Shown piece after piece: positions 29,091 to 42,100 of a DNA stretch of 44,868 nt. This DNA is from Bacillota bacterium (GTDB lineage Bacteria > Bacillota > SHA-98 > Ch115), in the NCBI GenBank assembly GCA_012842565.1, contig DUSO01000037.1, positions 1 to 44,868 on the forward strand. The letters run 5' to 3'. The translations under genes were made by a program, and so were the position numbers. Position 1 is the stretch's first letter, and every line of letters starts with the position of its first letter. The notes under the pieces are model-generated. The model searched no databases, was not told where the DNA came from, and saw only the letters and a program-made list of their open reading frames with translations.

Positions 29091-29096
29091 GATTTG

Positions 29097-29125
29097 ATTA
29101 TACCCTGTTCAATATTGGAAGTCAA
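29097..29125 (-). promoter_or_regulatory. Sigma-A promoter of fur-feoB-feoA
   Basis: TTGACT-N17-TATAAT. Confidence 0.85.
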
Positions 29126-29165
29126 CAGACCAGGCGCCCGAAGCCGGGCAAATGAGACGCGACAA

Positions 29166-29192
29166 AAAGGGTTGGACGGGGACATCGAGAAT
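29166..29192 (+). promoter_or_regulatory. Sigma-H-like promoter upstream of the FAH-family gene
   Basis: AAAGGGTT-N12-CGAGAAT. Confidence 0.35.
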
Positions 29193-29294
29193 ACTAAACC
29201 AGGATTCAAAACCCCGGAGCCCATAACATGCAACATGGTAATGCAAGATGACCGGGGTGTAAGCTGCAATATCCGTGGAAGGGATGGATCGAAC

Positions 29295-30275
29295 TTGAAA
29301 CTCGGCACATTCATGTACAACGGGCAGACCTTTACCGGGGGTGTTATCGAACCCGGGATAGGAAGGGAGATCATTGTGGACCTCCAGGCAGCATATGCCC
29401 TCTATCTCAAGAGAAAGGGTGAACCGGACCCGGTTCGCCTGGCAGAGGCCCTTATGCCCGGCGATATGGTGGCTTTGCTAAAAGGCGGTGAGCGTTGCCT
29501 CTCCAACGCCAGGATTGCCGTTGAACTGGTAAGTGAGATGCTCTCCTCAGGTGCCGCCGCCGGACTCACCGGCCTCGACGGCCGCAGGTTGGCCTACGAC
29601 CTGGAGGAAGTAAGGCACCTCGCCCCGCTTCCCAACCCCACCAAGCTCATCTGCATAGGGCTCAACTACAGGGACCATGCAATGGAAATCGGGGCGGCCC
29701 TCCCCAAGGAGCCGGTCCTCTTTTCCAAGTTTTCTAACGCGGTGATCGGGCCCGGCGAGGCGATCATCATCCCGGAGGCATCCAGGGAAATCGACTATGA
29801 GGCCGAGCTTGCCTGCATCATTGGCAAGGCAGGCAAGAACATCCCCAGGGAGCGCGCCCTCGAGCACGTGGCCGGCTATACGATATTGAACGACGTGAGC
29901 GCAAGGGACCTGCAGTTCAGAGACGGGCAATGGATCAAGGGCAAGACCCTCGATTCGTTTGCCCCGATGGGCCCCTACTTGGTTACGGCCGATGAGGTAG
30001 GCGACCCGGGGCATCTGGACATAAAGCTATGGCTAAATGATAAGCTCATGCAAGATTCCAACACCGACCAGCTGATTTTCGATGTTCCCGGTCTTATCGA
30101 ATATATCTCGCGCCTTATGACCCTGACTCCGGGCGATGTCATAGCCACCGGTACCCCGTCGGGGGTGGGCTTTAAGCGAAAACCCCCGGTGTTTATGAAA
30201 GACGGGGATGTGGTGAGGATCCAGGTCGAAAAACTGGGCGTTCTCACAAACCCTGTGTCCTCTTCGACCCACTAG
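29295..30275 (+). CDS. Fumarylacetoacetate hydrolase family protein
   Basis: KLICIGLNYRDHA.E, P..FSK, DYEAEL, NDVSARD.Q, GKTLD.F.PMGP, PGDVIATGTPSGVG; start reset to TTG 29295. Confidence 0.92.
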   Translation: MKLGTFMYNGQTFTGGVIEPGIGREIIVDLQAAYALYLKRKGEPDPVRLAEALMPGDMVALLKGGERCLSNARIAVELVSEMLSSGAAAGLTGLDGRRLAYDLEEVRHLAPLPNPTKLICIGLNYRDHAMEIGAALPKEPVLFSKFSNAVIGPGEAIIIPEASREIDYEAELACIIGKAGKNIPRERALEHVAGYTILNDVSARDLQFRDGQWIKGKTLDSFAPMGPYLVTADEVGDPGHLDIKLWLNDKLMQDSNTDQLIFDVPGLIEYISRLMTLTPGDVIATGTPSGVGFKRKPPVFMKDGDVVRIQVEKLGVLTNPVSSSTH

Positions 30276-30361
30276 CTGCCCAATGCAGCGGCAGTCCGGC
30301 CGGGCCGGTAGGACGGTGGCCCAATCACCGAGCGCCACCTATGCTCTGTAATAGTGCAGGT

Positions 30362-30389
30362 AACACCGAGAGCCACCCTCTCATACAGT
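30362..30389 (+). promoter_or_regulatory. Sigma-K/sigma-E-type sporulation promoter
   Basis: AACA-N16-CATACAGT matches mACm-N16-CATAnnnT, upstream of a spore GH18. Confidence 0.5.
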
Positions 30390-30465
30390 GGTGGAGGGAG
30401 GGTGCCTTTCCCGGATCTTTATCCCGTTAAGGCCGAGACCCGCCCTTCTCGAGGGGTGAGAAAGG

Positions 30466-31449
30466 TTGGTCCATAACCGCGCAGCCGAGGTATGGGGCTA
30501 CTTTGGCGAGGAATCGATGCCGTCCCTGGAGAAGTATTACAATCTGCTGAATGGAATCTTCGGGTGGTGGTTTCTACTTACAAGCGAGGGTTTTTTACGG
30601 GAAAGCGTGAACCTGCGCGCCCTGGAGTTTGCAAGGTCCCATGGCCTCTTGGTCCAGGGTACCGTACACAATTTTGTGCAGACCAGGTTTGTCCGCGAGA
30701 TTGCCCATTCAGTCCTGACCGACCCGCGCGCAAAGGGGAGAGCTATTTCGAATATCATAGCCGCGATGGCGAGATACAGGCTGGATGGAGCCCATATCGA
30801 CCTGGAGAATGTCGATCCCAATGACAGGCAAGCCCTCACCCAGTTCATGAAGGATTTGAGCGAGGCGGCAAGACGGCAGGGCCTCATGGTAACCCAGGCC
30901 GTACCGGGCAAGACAGAAGAGAATCCTCGCCATCCATGGTCTGGGGGTTTCGATTACCGGGCCCTCGAGCCGAGCTCGGACTGGCTGGTGATCATGGCAT
31001 ATGAGGAACATTCGGCTACAGGCCCTCCGGGCCCCCTCGCATCATACAACTGGTACCGCCGGGTGAAGGACTTTGCCATCTCGCAGCTCCCACTGGACAA
31101 GATAATGATTACGACCGGGGTATATGGGTACGACTGGCCAGTCGCGCCGGTAGAGACCGCGACCACCGTAACCTATGCCGATATCCTCCGGATAACCGAG
31201 GTCTACCAGGTCCCGCTCACCTTCGCACCCGATGTACGAGAATGTACCCTTGCCTATCGTGCGCCTGATACCCCCGAAGGCCGGTGGCATGTTGTCTGGT
31301 ACCAGTGCCCCGAGGCAGCCGAATGGAAATTCCGCCTGATAAGGGAAAACGGGGTCAGGGGTACCGCGATCTGGCAGATGGGGCAAGAGGACCCCCGCGT
31401 ATGGGAGCTGGTTGCGAGCATCCTTCTGGCGCCCCTCTCCCAGTCATAG
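30466..31449 (+). CDS. GH18 glycoside hydrolase, YaaH/SleL/YdhD-like spore protein without LysM domains
   Basis: DGAHIDLE catalytic motif, WSGGFDY, IMAYEEH....PGPLAS, YGYDW, HVVWY, IWQMGQEDP; no signal peptide. Confidence 0.85.
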   Translation: MVHNRAAEVWGYFGEESMPSLEKYYNLLNGIFGWWFLLTSEGFLRESVNLRALEFARSHGLLVQGTVHNFVQTRFVREIAHSVLTDPRAKGRAISNIIAAMARYRLDGAHIDLENVDPNDRQALTQFMKDLSEAARRQGLMVTQAVPGKTEENPRHPWSGGFDYRALEPSSDWLVIMAYEEHSATGPPGPLASYNWYRRVKDFAISQLPLDKIMITTGVYGYDWPVAPVETATTVTYADILRITEVYQVPLTFAPDVRECTLAYRAPDTPEGRWHVVWYQCPEAAEWKFRLIRENGVRGTAIWQMGQEDPRVWELVASILLAPLSQS

Positions 31450-31503
31450 CATAACCTCGCGGTTTTCTTGCCGTGAAAGGCCCCACCGCGGCGCAAAATT
31501 GGA

Positions 31504-31535
31504 GGGGGCCGGTCCACTTTGCTGGACCGGCCCCC
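31504..31535. terminator. Strong hairpin between convergent genes (probably bidirectional terminator)
   Basis: GGGGGCCGGTCCA-N6-TGGACCGGCCCCC, a 13-bp perfect stem. Confidence 0.7.
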
Positions 31536-31560
31536 TGTCCGAGGGCCTGTTTGCCATGCC

Positions 31561-32106
31561 CTAATCCCGCCTGCTGCGCACCGCCGCCTGTATCGCGCCC
31601 GCCACCGCCAGCGCGATTACACCACCCGTAAGGGCGGTGAAAAGCTGCGGTAACTGCATAGCCCTGGCAATGGGGGGCTTCACCTCAACTACATATCTCA
31701 CTGCCGATGAGAGTATCAGGAACTTGACAACAGCACCTGCCACAACACCTGTAACCCCGGCCCACAAGGCCTTCCTGCCCGCATTCCTGACCGCGCTGAA
31801 TACCAGCACAAGCGCGGCGTTTCCTATCATTATAAAGGGGATCATTGGACCGAGAGGAGCAGCGAGAATTCCCCTAATAAAGGCGATCCAGGGAGTGAAA
31901 AGCCCTATCACAGCGCCACCGAGGGCGCCCACAAATATGGCAGACAAAAGGAGCATAGCGTTGACGGCGGGACCTGTTACAGGCTGAGGCAAGCCCAACA
32001 TCTGAAACGCAAGGGTGAGCGCGAGCAGCACCGCCGTCCTGGTCAGCCAGCGCAGGCTCTTTTGCCAGGTTTCCTCCTGTTTTTTCAGCCCCTTTTCTTC
32101 TTGCAT
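31561..32106 (-). CDS. ECF transporter S component, substrate unknown
   Basis: About 180 aa, about 6 TM helices, LTRTAVLLAL...Q..GP.VN, P.MIPFIMIGN, PQLFTAL.GG. Confidence 0.75.
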   Translation of the reverse strand: MQEEKGLKKQEETWQKSLRWLTRTAVLLALTLAFQMLGLPQPVTGPAVNAMLLLSAIFVGALGGAVIGLFTPWIAFIRGILAAPLGPMIPFIMIGNAALVLVFSAVRNAGRKALWAGVTGVVAGAVVKFLILSSAVRYVVEVKPPIARAMQLPQLFTALTGGVIALAVAGAIQAAVRSRRD

Positions 32107-32146
32107 AGAAATCACCCCCGACCTAGTGTTAATGTGTTATCGCACT

Positions 32147-33013
32147 CTAGAGCCCCTCAACGGTGCCCTTCTTAAACCCGACTTCCAATTCTGCGATCAG
32201 CATGCCTACGAGGATCAGTAACGCGCCGATGACACCCTTGCGGCCCAGGCTCTCCCCCAGCCAGAGCCACGCGAAGATGGCCGAGAATATGGGCTCTGTT
32301 GCCAGTATGATGGCTACGCGAGTCGGGGAGGTGACTCTCTGGGCTGCATTCTGCACGAAGAATGCCCCGGCTGTTGCAAAGGCCCCGAGATACAGTATCG
32401 AGAGCCAGGAGCGTATTCCCAGCTCAGATGCCCTGAAAACCGGCCCAAGTTGCCCGGTTACAGCCGTATAGGCTATGCCGATGACTGCCGTTGTGGCTAC
32501 CTGCACCAGGACTAGAAGCGGGACATCCATGACCGGAGCATAGCGGCCGACGAATACTATGTGAAGCGCAAACCCAAGCGCGCAGAGGAGGACCAGCATG
32601 TCCCCGACCTGCGGCACCAGACTGCTCCCGGGCTCCATGGTCATCGAGCCAAGCCCAAGCGCGGCGAGTGCGGCCCCAATCAGCGCAGCCCGCCTCGGCG
32701 GCCTGTTCAGGATAAGCTTCGATAAAAATGGCACCATGACTACCGAAAGCCCGGTTATGAACCCCGCCTTGGAGGCGGTGGTATATTTTAGCCCCACCGT
32801 TTGCAAGACATACCCTGAAAACAGGAACCCGCCCAGCACGGCGCCAGCTATTAATGTGTGCCTGTCCAGCCGCCTGAGCCGCCCCAACATCCCGAGGGCC
32901 ATAAGGATCGCGGCCACCGTAAACCGCGTAGCGATGAGCACCATCGGGTCAAAGTATGCTACAAGGCTCTTTACCAGGGGAAAGGTAGAACCCCAGATCA
33001 GCGTTACAGCCAA
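32147..33013 (-). CDS. DMT/EamA family transporter (family-like sequence continues upstream of the annotated start)
   Basis: IWGSTF, RF..A, QTVGLKYTTASKAGFITGL.V, GD, EPIFSA; about 10 TM helices. Confidence 0.9.
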   Translation of the reverse strand: MAVTLIWGSTFPLVKSLVAYFDPMVLIATRFTVAAILMALGMLGRLRRLDRHTLIAGAVLGGFLFSGYVLQTVGLKYTTASKAGFITGLSVVMVPFLSKLILNRPPRRAALIGAALAALGLGSMTMEPGSSLVPQVGDMLVLLCALGFALHIVFVGRYAPVMDVPLLVLVQVATTAVIGIAYTAVTGQLGPVFRASELGIRSWLSILYLGAFATAGAFFVQNAAQRVTSPTRVAIILATEPIFSAIFAWLWLGESLGRKGVIGALLILVGMLIAELEVGFKKGTVEGL

Positions 33014-33070
33014 TAGCGAGCTGTCCGCCAGCCACCGGCGATCCAGACCATATAATCGAGTCGTCTTGCA

Positions 33071-34555
33071 TCATGCCCTTTCCAGCCTATCTTTGAGCAA
33101 CTTGTTCACCAGTCGGGGATTCGCACGGCCCTTCGTCTTTTTCATCACCTGCCCCACCAGGAAGGTCAGCGCTTTTTCCTTGCCCGCAGCGAAATCCGCG
33201 CATGGGCCCGGATTTTCCCGGATTACCTCGGCAATCACACCGGCCAGTTGAGATTCGTCGGAGATCTGGACGAGCCCGCGCTCTTCTATTATTGCCCCGG
33301 GCATCCTGCCTGTCCTGAATGATTCTTCAAAGACTTCTTTGGCGATCCGCCCGCTTATGGTCCCCTTAGCCATGAGGTCCAGTACCTGCACAACGTATTC
33401 AGGAGTTACCGGAGATTCCTCTATGGACTTGCCCTCAGCGTTCAGGAGGCCGAGGAGTTCGCTCATCACCCAGTTGCTTACAGCCTTGGCATCATGATGC
33501 CCTTTCACACATTCCTCGAAGAAATCCGCCAGCGCCCTGGATTCAGTGAGGAGCTCCGCGTCATACTCCGGGAGGCCGTATTCCTTGATAAAACGCTCGC
33601 GCCTCGCCGCGGGGAGCTCCGGAAGCGTTGACCGGACCTGTTCTACCCATTCCCGGTCGATAACCATCGGGACAAGGTCGGGCTCCGGGAAGTAACGGTA
33701 GTCGTGCGCTTCTTCCTTGCTGCGCATTGAGACGGTTACGCCCCTTGCCTCATCCCAGTGGCGGGTCTCGCGGACAATCTCCTCCCCTCGCTCCAGCGCC
33801 CTTATTTGCCTTACCCTCTCGTATTCGAGGCCCTTCTCCACAGCCCTGAATGAATTCAGGTTTTTTAGCTCCGTCTGGGCGCCGAAAGTGGTCGACCCGG
33901 CCCGCCGCACAGAGATGTTGGCGTCACACCGGAGTGAGCCTTCCTCCATCTTGCAGTCAGAAACCCCGATATATCTAAGAATATTCCGCAGGGTGTTGAG
34001 GTAGACATAGGCTTCCCGTGGCGAACGTATATCCGGCTCGCTTACGATTTCCAGCAGGGGTATGCCTGCACGGTTGTAATCCTCGAGAGAATAGCTGGCA
34101 CCCACGATATCCGAGCCCTCATGAATCGACTTGCCCGCTTCTTCTTCAAGGTGCACCCGTCGGATACCTATTCGCCTCACCTCCCCGTCGTAGCTTATGG
34201 TCAGGTGCCCTTCAAGTCCAAGTGGGAGGTCATACTGGGATATTTGGTAGTTCTTGGGAAGATCGGGGTAAAAATAGTTCTTGCGGTCAAACTTGCTGAA
34301 TTCGCTTACCTTACAGTTGAGAGCCAGCGCCGTCCGGATTGCGAATTCCACCGCCCGTTTATTCACGACCGGAAGCACGCCGGGCAGCCCAAGACATATG
34401 GGGCATGTGTGGCTGTTCGGTTCCGCTCCGAACTGCGTGCTGCAGTTACAGAATATCTTGGACGCCGTCAGGAGCTCCACGTGGACCTCGAGTCCTATAA
34501 CCGTTTCGTATTTGAGTTCGACCTCCTTAGAAAGGCCGTGTTCTACAGTCGTCAA
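33071..34555 (-). CDS. gatB: Asp/Glu-tRNA amidotransferase subunit B
   Basis: [68 protein letters not shown], YqeY tail. Confidence 0.97.
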   Translation of the reverse strand: MTTVEHGLSKEVELKYETVIGLEVHVELLTASKIFCNCSTQFGAEPNSHTCPICLGLPGVLPVVNKRAVEFAIRTALALNCKVSEFSKFDRKNYFYPDLPKNYQISQYDLPLGLEGHLTISYDGEVRRIGIRRVHLEEEAGKSIHEGSDIVGASYSLEDYNRAGIPLLEIVSEPDIRSPREAYVYLNTLRNILRYIGVSDCKMEEGSLRCDANISVRRAGSTTFGAQTELKNLNSFRAVEKGLEYERVRQIRALERGEEIVRETRHWDEARGVTVSMRSKEEAHDYRYFPEPDLVPMVIDREWVEQVRSTLPELPAARRERFIKEYGLPEYDAELLTESRALADFFEECVKGHHDAKAVSNWVMSELLGLLNAEGKSIEESPVTPEYVVQVLDLMAKGTISGRIAKEVFEESFRTGRMPGAIIEERGLVQISDESQLAGVIAEVIRENPGPCADFAAGKEKALTFLVGQVMKKTKGRANPRLVNKLLKDRLERA

Positions 34556-34626
34556 TCCGGGTTACCCCCTCGTCATGCCCGCTGCCGGTCGATGTGCTCG
34601 CGTTGTCGCGGGAACTACCGGCAGGG

Positions 34627-36141
34627 CTAATCGTCGCTAAAACTGCCAGCCGGGATACTCGCCCTGTCGCGGCCGCCTGTCTGGAGAGGCGGCTTGGGCG
34701 ACCTTGGCCCCCACGCTGTCTCGAATGCATATGCGGCACGGATCAGGGTAGGCTCGTCAAAATGCTTGCCCAAAAGCTGAAGCCCCACCGGCAGCCCATC
34801 CTGCCCGAAACCGCAAGGGAACGATATGCCAGGAAGTGCGGCGAGGTTGGCAGTTATAGTGTATATGTCCGACAGGTACATGGACAGTGGGTCTTTTGTC
34901 TTCTCTCCTATCCTGAAGGCTACAGTAGGCGATGTGGGCGACAGGACCACATCGCATGCCTCAAAGGCCCGTTCGAAGTCCTGAATGAGGAGGGTACGGA
35001 CCTTGAGGGCCTTTAGGTAATAGGCGTCATAGTAGCCCGAGCTCAGGGCATAAGTCCCCAGCATTATGCGTCTCTTTACCTCAGCGCCGAAACCCTCCTT
35101 GCGTGTCCTCTTGGCCATGGTCACTGAGTCGGGCGCGCCCTTCGCCCTGAGGCCATATCTCACGCCGTCATAACGAGCCAGGTTGGAGCTGGCCTCCGCC
35201 GTTGCCACAAGATAATAGGTCGCAAGGGCATATTCAGAATGCGGGAGCGAGACGTCCACGAGGATGGCCCCCATATCCTGCAGCCTGTTCATCGCCTGTT
35301 CGATGGCCTCCCGGACATCAGGAGCAAGTCCCTCGCCGAAATACTCTTTCGGCACACCTATCTTCAATCCCTTGATATCCGGTATCAGGTACTGTGTATA
35401 GTCGGGGTATTCTCGATTTACCGAGGTTGAATCGCGAGGATCATACCCTGCAATTGCGTTCATCAGGATGGCACAATCAGTCACATCCCTGGTGATCGGG
35501 CCTATCTGGTCGAGCGATGAGGCAAAGGCCACGAGCCCGTAACGCGATACGCACCCGTAAGTGGGCTTTAGCCCCACCACACCGCAGAATGACGCGGGCT
35601 GGCGGATGGAGCCACCCGTATCAGACCCCAGCGCCAGGACAGCTTCTCCGGCACTGACCGCGGCGGCGCTGCCGCCGGATGAGCCCCCCGGCACCCGGTC
35701 CAGGTCCCACGGGTTGCGTGTCGTGAAGAACCCCGAGTTCTCCGTGGAAGAACCCATGGCAAATTCATCCATGTTGGCCTTTCCCAGCATGACCACACCC
35801 TGCGACATGAGACGCTCCACAACGGTGGCGCTATAGGGCGGGATGTAATTTTCTAAAATCCTGGAAGCACAGGTGGTCTTGATGCCACGAGTAGAAAGGT
35901 TGTCCTTTAGCGCGATGGGGATACCGTCAAGCGGGCCGATCTCCTCCCCCCGGGCTATCCGTGCATCGGTGGCACCGGCTGCGGCAAAAGCCTCCTCACG
36001 GGTGAGAGTGATATAGGCCCGTACCAGCGGCTCGACTTCATCGATCCTCCTGAATACCGACTCTACAATCTCGCGTGCACTGGCCTCCTTGCGAAGGAGG
36101 ATGTCGTGCAACTCATGCGCTGTATATTCATATAACTCCAA
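34627..36141 (-). CDS. gatA: Asp/Glu-tRNA amidotransferase subunit A
   Basis: [51 protein letters not shown]. Confidence 0.97.
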   Translation of the reverse strand: MELYEYTAHELHDILLRKEASAREIVESVFRRIDEVEPLVRAYITLTREEAFAAAGATDARIARGEEIGPLDGIPIALKDNLSTRGIKTTCASRILENYIPPYSATVVERLMSQGVVMLGKANMDEFAMGSSTENSGFFTTRNPWDLDRVPGGSSGGSAAAVSAGEAVLALGSDTGGSIRQPASFCGVVGLKPTYGCVSRYGLVAFASSLDQIGPITRDVTDCAILMNAIAGYDPRDSTSVNREYPDYTQYLIPDIKGLKIGVPKEYFGEGLAPDVREAIEQAMNRLQDMGAILVDVSLPHSEYALATYYLVATAEASSNLARYDGVRYGLRAKGAPDSVTMAKRTRKEGFGAEVKRRIMLGTYALSSGYYDAYYLKALKVRTLLIQDFERAFEACDVVLSPTSPTVAFRIGEKTKDPLSMYLSDIYTITANLAALPGISFPCGFGQDGLPVGLQLLGKHFDEPTLIRAAYAFETAWGPRSPKPPLQTGGRDRASIPAGSFSDD

Positions 36142-36226
36142 TCGTATTCACCATCCCCAGCTCGAGCACCTCAACACAGATCCTTGGCCTCATGGCCGAC
36201 CTGCGTTGCTCCGCAGGAGCCTCGCA

Positions 36227-36520
36227 CTATAACTCCGTCTCCATTATCCTCGGCACCTTGAAAAAGCTCCCACTGCGGTCAGGCGCGTTCTTTAAAGCCT
36301 CTTCAACCGGGAGGGACGGGCGCACCTCGTCCTCTCTAAAGACATTTCTCAGGGGCATCGGATGAGCCGTCGGGCTCACCTGGTCTGTATCGAGCTGCTT
36401 TAGTTTGTCCGCATATTCAATTATGCTGGCCAGCTGTCTCGTGAAGCTTTCCTTTTCACCCTCATCCAGCTCAAGCCTTGCCAGGTTTGCTACGTGCTCA
36501 ACGTCGCGTCTTGAGATCGG
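36227..36520 (-). CDS. gatC: Asp/Glu-tRNA amidotransferase subunit C (no canonical in-frame start; missing from the ORF track)
   Basis: Manual translation PISRRDVEHVANLARLELDEGEKESFTRQLASIIEYADKLKQLDTDQVSPTAHPMPLRNVFREDEVRPSLPVEEALKNAPDRSGSFFKVPRIMETEL*, lying between ligA and gatA. Confidence 0.9.
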   Translation of the reverse strand, partial: PISRRDVEHVANLARLELDEGEKESFTRQLASIIEYADKLKQLDTDQVSPTAHPMPLRNVFREDEVRPSLPVEEALKNAPDRSGSFFKVPRIMETEL

Positions 36521-36606
36521 CTCCCCGAAATCACATCAATCCTCATCAATGAGATTATCGCCGGAATAGTACACGGCCATCTCGTGCCCTGCGGCCCCTG
36601 GGCGTA

Positions 36607-40757
<4,151 letters not shown>

Positions 40758-40760
40758 ATA

Positions 40761-42080
40761 TCAGTATTCTGTGACCCCCGTGAAATTGAAGCCCTTGACC
40801 TTTATCCTGGGGACGTAGGCCCCTCCACCCATCATATCATGTAACCGGCGTTCGCGTGAAATCAATTCAACCCGCGAAAGCGCCTCGAGGATCCCCTGGG
40901 TAAACCTGAGGTTTTTGAGAGGCCTTGCTATCTTCCCGTTCTCGATGAGAAACGTCCCGTCCCGGGTCATTCCCGTGAATATCGTCTTAACCGGGTGGAC
41001 CGGGTTTGTGTAGTGGAACCTGGTCACAAATATCCCGCGCCCCATGGAATCGATCATCTCGCCAAGGCTCGATGTGCCGGATTCCATAAACAGGTTGGTG
41101 GCGTAAGGACCTACGGCAAAAGAAGGAGACACTGCGTGTCCGGTGGACTCCCTGCCCTCGATACCGGCAGTATAGGAGTCATAGACAACCCCCCTGGCAA
41201 CCCCGCCGGTTATGAGATCCACTCTTGACTTTGGGACGCCTTCGTAATCGAACCGCGTCGCAAGGCCCGGCTCCGAGAGGCCGTCATCCCAGATCGTGAT
41301 GTTCTCCCCGGTTATTTGCTTCCCGAGGTTGCCGGTCATGAAGCTTCGGCCCTCCTGAAAGGCCAGGGCCCCGAACCCCATATAGGATAGCATGCCTATC
41401 ATGTCCGCTACCGCATATGTGTCCAGGATCACATCATACTCACCCGGCTCAATGGCCTTGGCACCCCTGGATAGGAGGCACCTGTTCACGGCCTCGTCCC
41501 CGGCGGCCTCCACGTCGATGTCCGCGACATTTCGGGAGAGGCGGTCAGCATATCCCGAACCGCCGTCGCCCATAATGACCGTCACGAGGCTGGCAAGGCT
41601 TGTCTTCCCTGAAGCCCTGACACCAAGGGAATTGACCGTGGCGACCTCATAGGAGGCGGTGCTGAAAGAGCCCGATGCGACAAGCCCTGCCTTCCTGGCC
41701 TTTTTTATTATAACATTTACGGCGTCTGCGCGATCCTCCGGGGTAAACTCGTCGGTCTCGCGAAAGAACGTGGCAGCCTCACGGTATTGCCCCGGCCCGG
41801 GCAGCGACACAAAGGAGTGGTTTTCCGGCTGTCTTTCAGCAAAAGCGATGGCTCGCGAGATAACCTCCTCGAGCGACACCTCATCCGTCCGGTTTGTTGA
41901 GGCAACCCCCACCCTCTTGCGGATGACGCACCGGACCGTGATCGTCATATCGCGTTCAGCGGTATTCTGGTGTATTTCTGAATTGGCGAATCGTGTAAGG
42001 AAGCTCCTGCCGCGAACACAGTGCACCTCGGTCTGGTCGCTCTTGGAGAGATTCAGGACCTTCTCGGCAGTAGCCAGCAC
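40761..42080 (-). CDS. pmbA: PmbA/TldE family protein
   Basis: TRFANSEIHQN, FDYEGVP, STGHA, TGMTRDGTFLIENGKI..P.KNLRF; no HExxxH; GTG start after GGGAGG. Confidence 0.88.
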   Translation of the reverse strand: MLATAEKVLNLSKSDQTEVHCVRGRSFLTRFANSEIHQNTAERDMTITVRCVIRKRVGVASTNRTDEVSLEEVISRAIAFAERQPENHSFVSLPGPGQYREAATFFRETDEFTPEDRADAVNVIIKKARKAGLVASGSFSTASYEVATVNSLGVRASGKTSLASLVTVIMGDGGSGYADRLSRNVADIDVEAAGDEAVNRCLLSRGAKAIEPGEYDVILDTYAVADMIGMLSYMGFGALAFQEGRSFMTGNLGKQITGENITIWDDGLSEPGLATRFDYEGVPKSRVDLITGGVARGVVYDSYTAGIEGRESTGHAVSPSFAVGPYATNLFMESGTSSLGEMIDSMGRGIFVTRFHYTNPVHPVKTIFTGMTRDGTFLIENGKIARPLKNLRFTQGILEALSRVELISRERRLHDMMGGGAYVPRIKVKGFNFTGVTEY

Positions 42081-42100
42081 ATCACCCTCCCACGCTTCGT

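Noticed and set aside
29070-29294. N-terminal extension of the FAH-family ORF
   Set aside because: It runs through the Fur box and divergent promoter; an RBS precedes TTG 29295.
33068-36538. Genome-wide UGA recoding or selenocysteine at the TGA-TGY junctions before gatC and EamA
   Set aside because: TGA ends many genes at their conserved C-termini in this window (e.g. the permease ...LRYE-TGA, hemerythrin). No convincing SECIS is visible and neither protein is a redox enzyme. Kept only as local start-codon anomalies.
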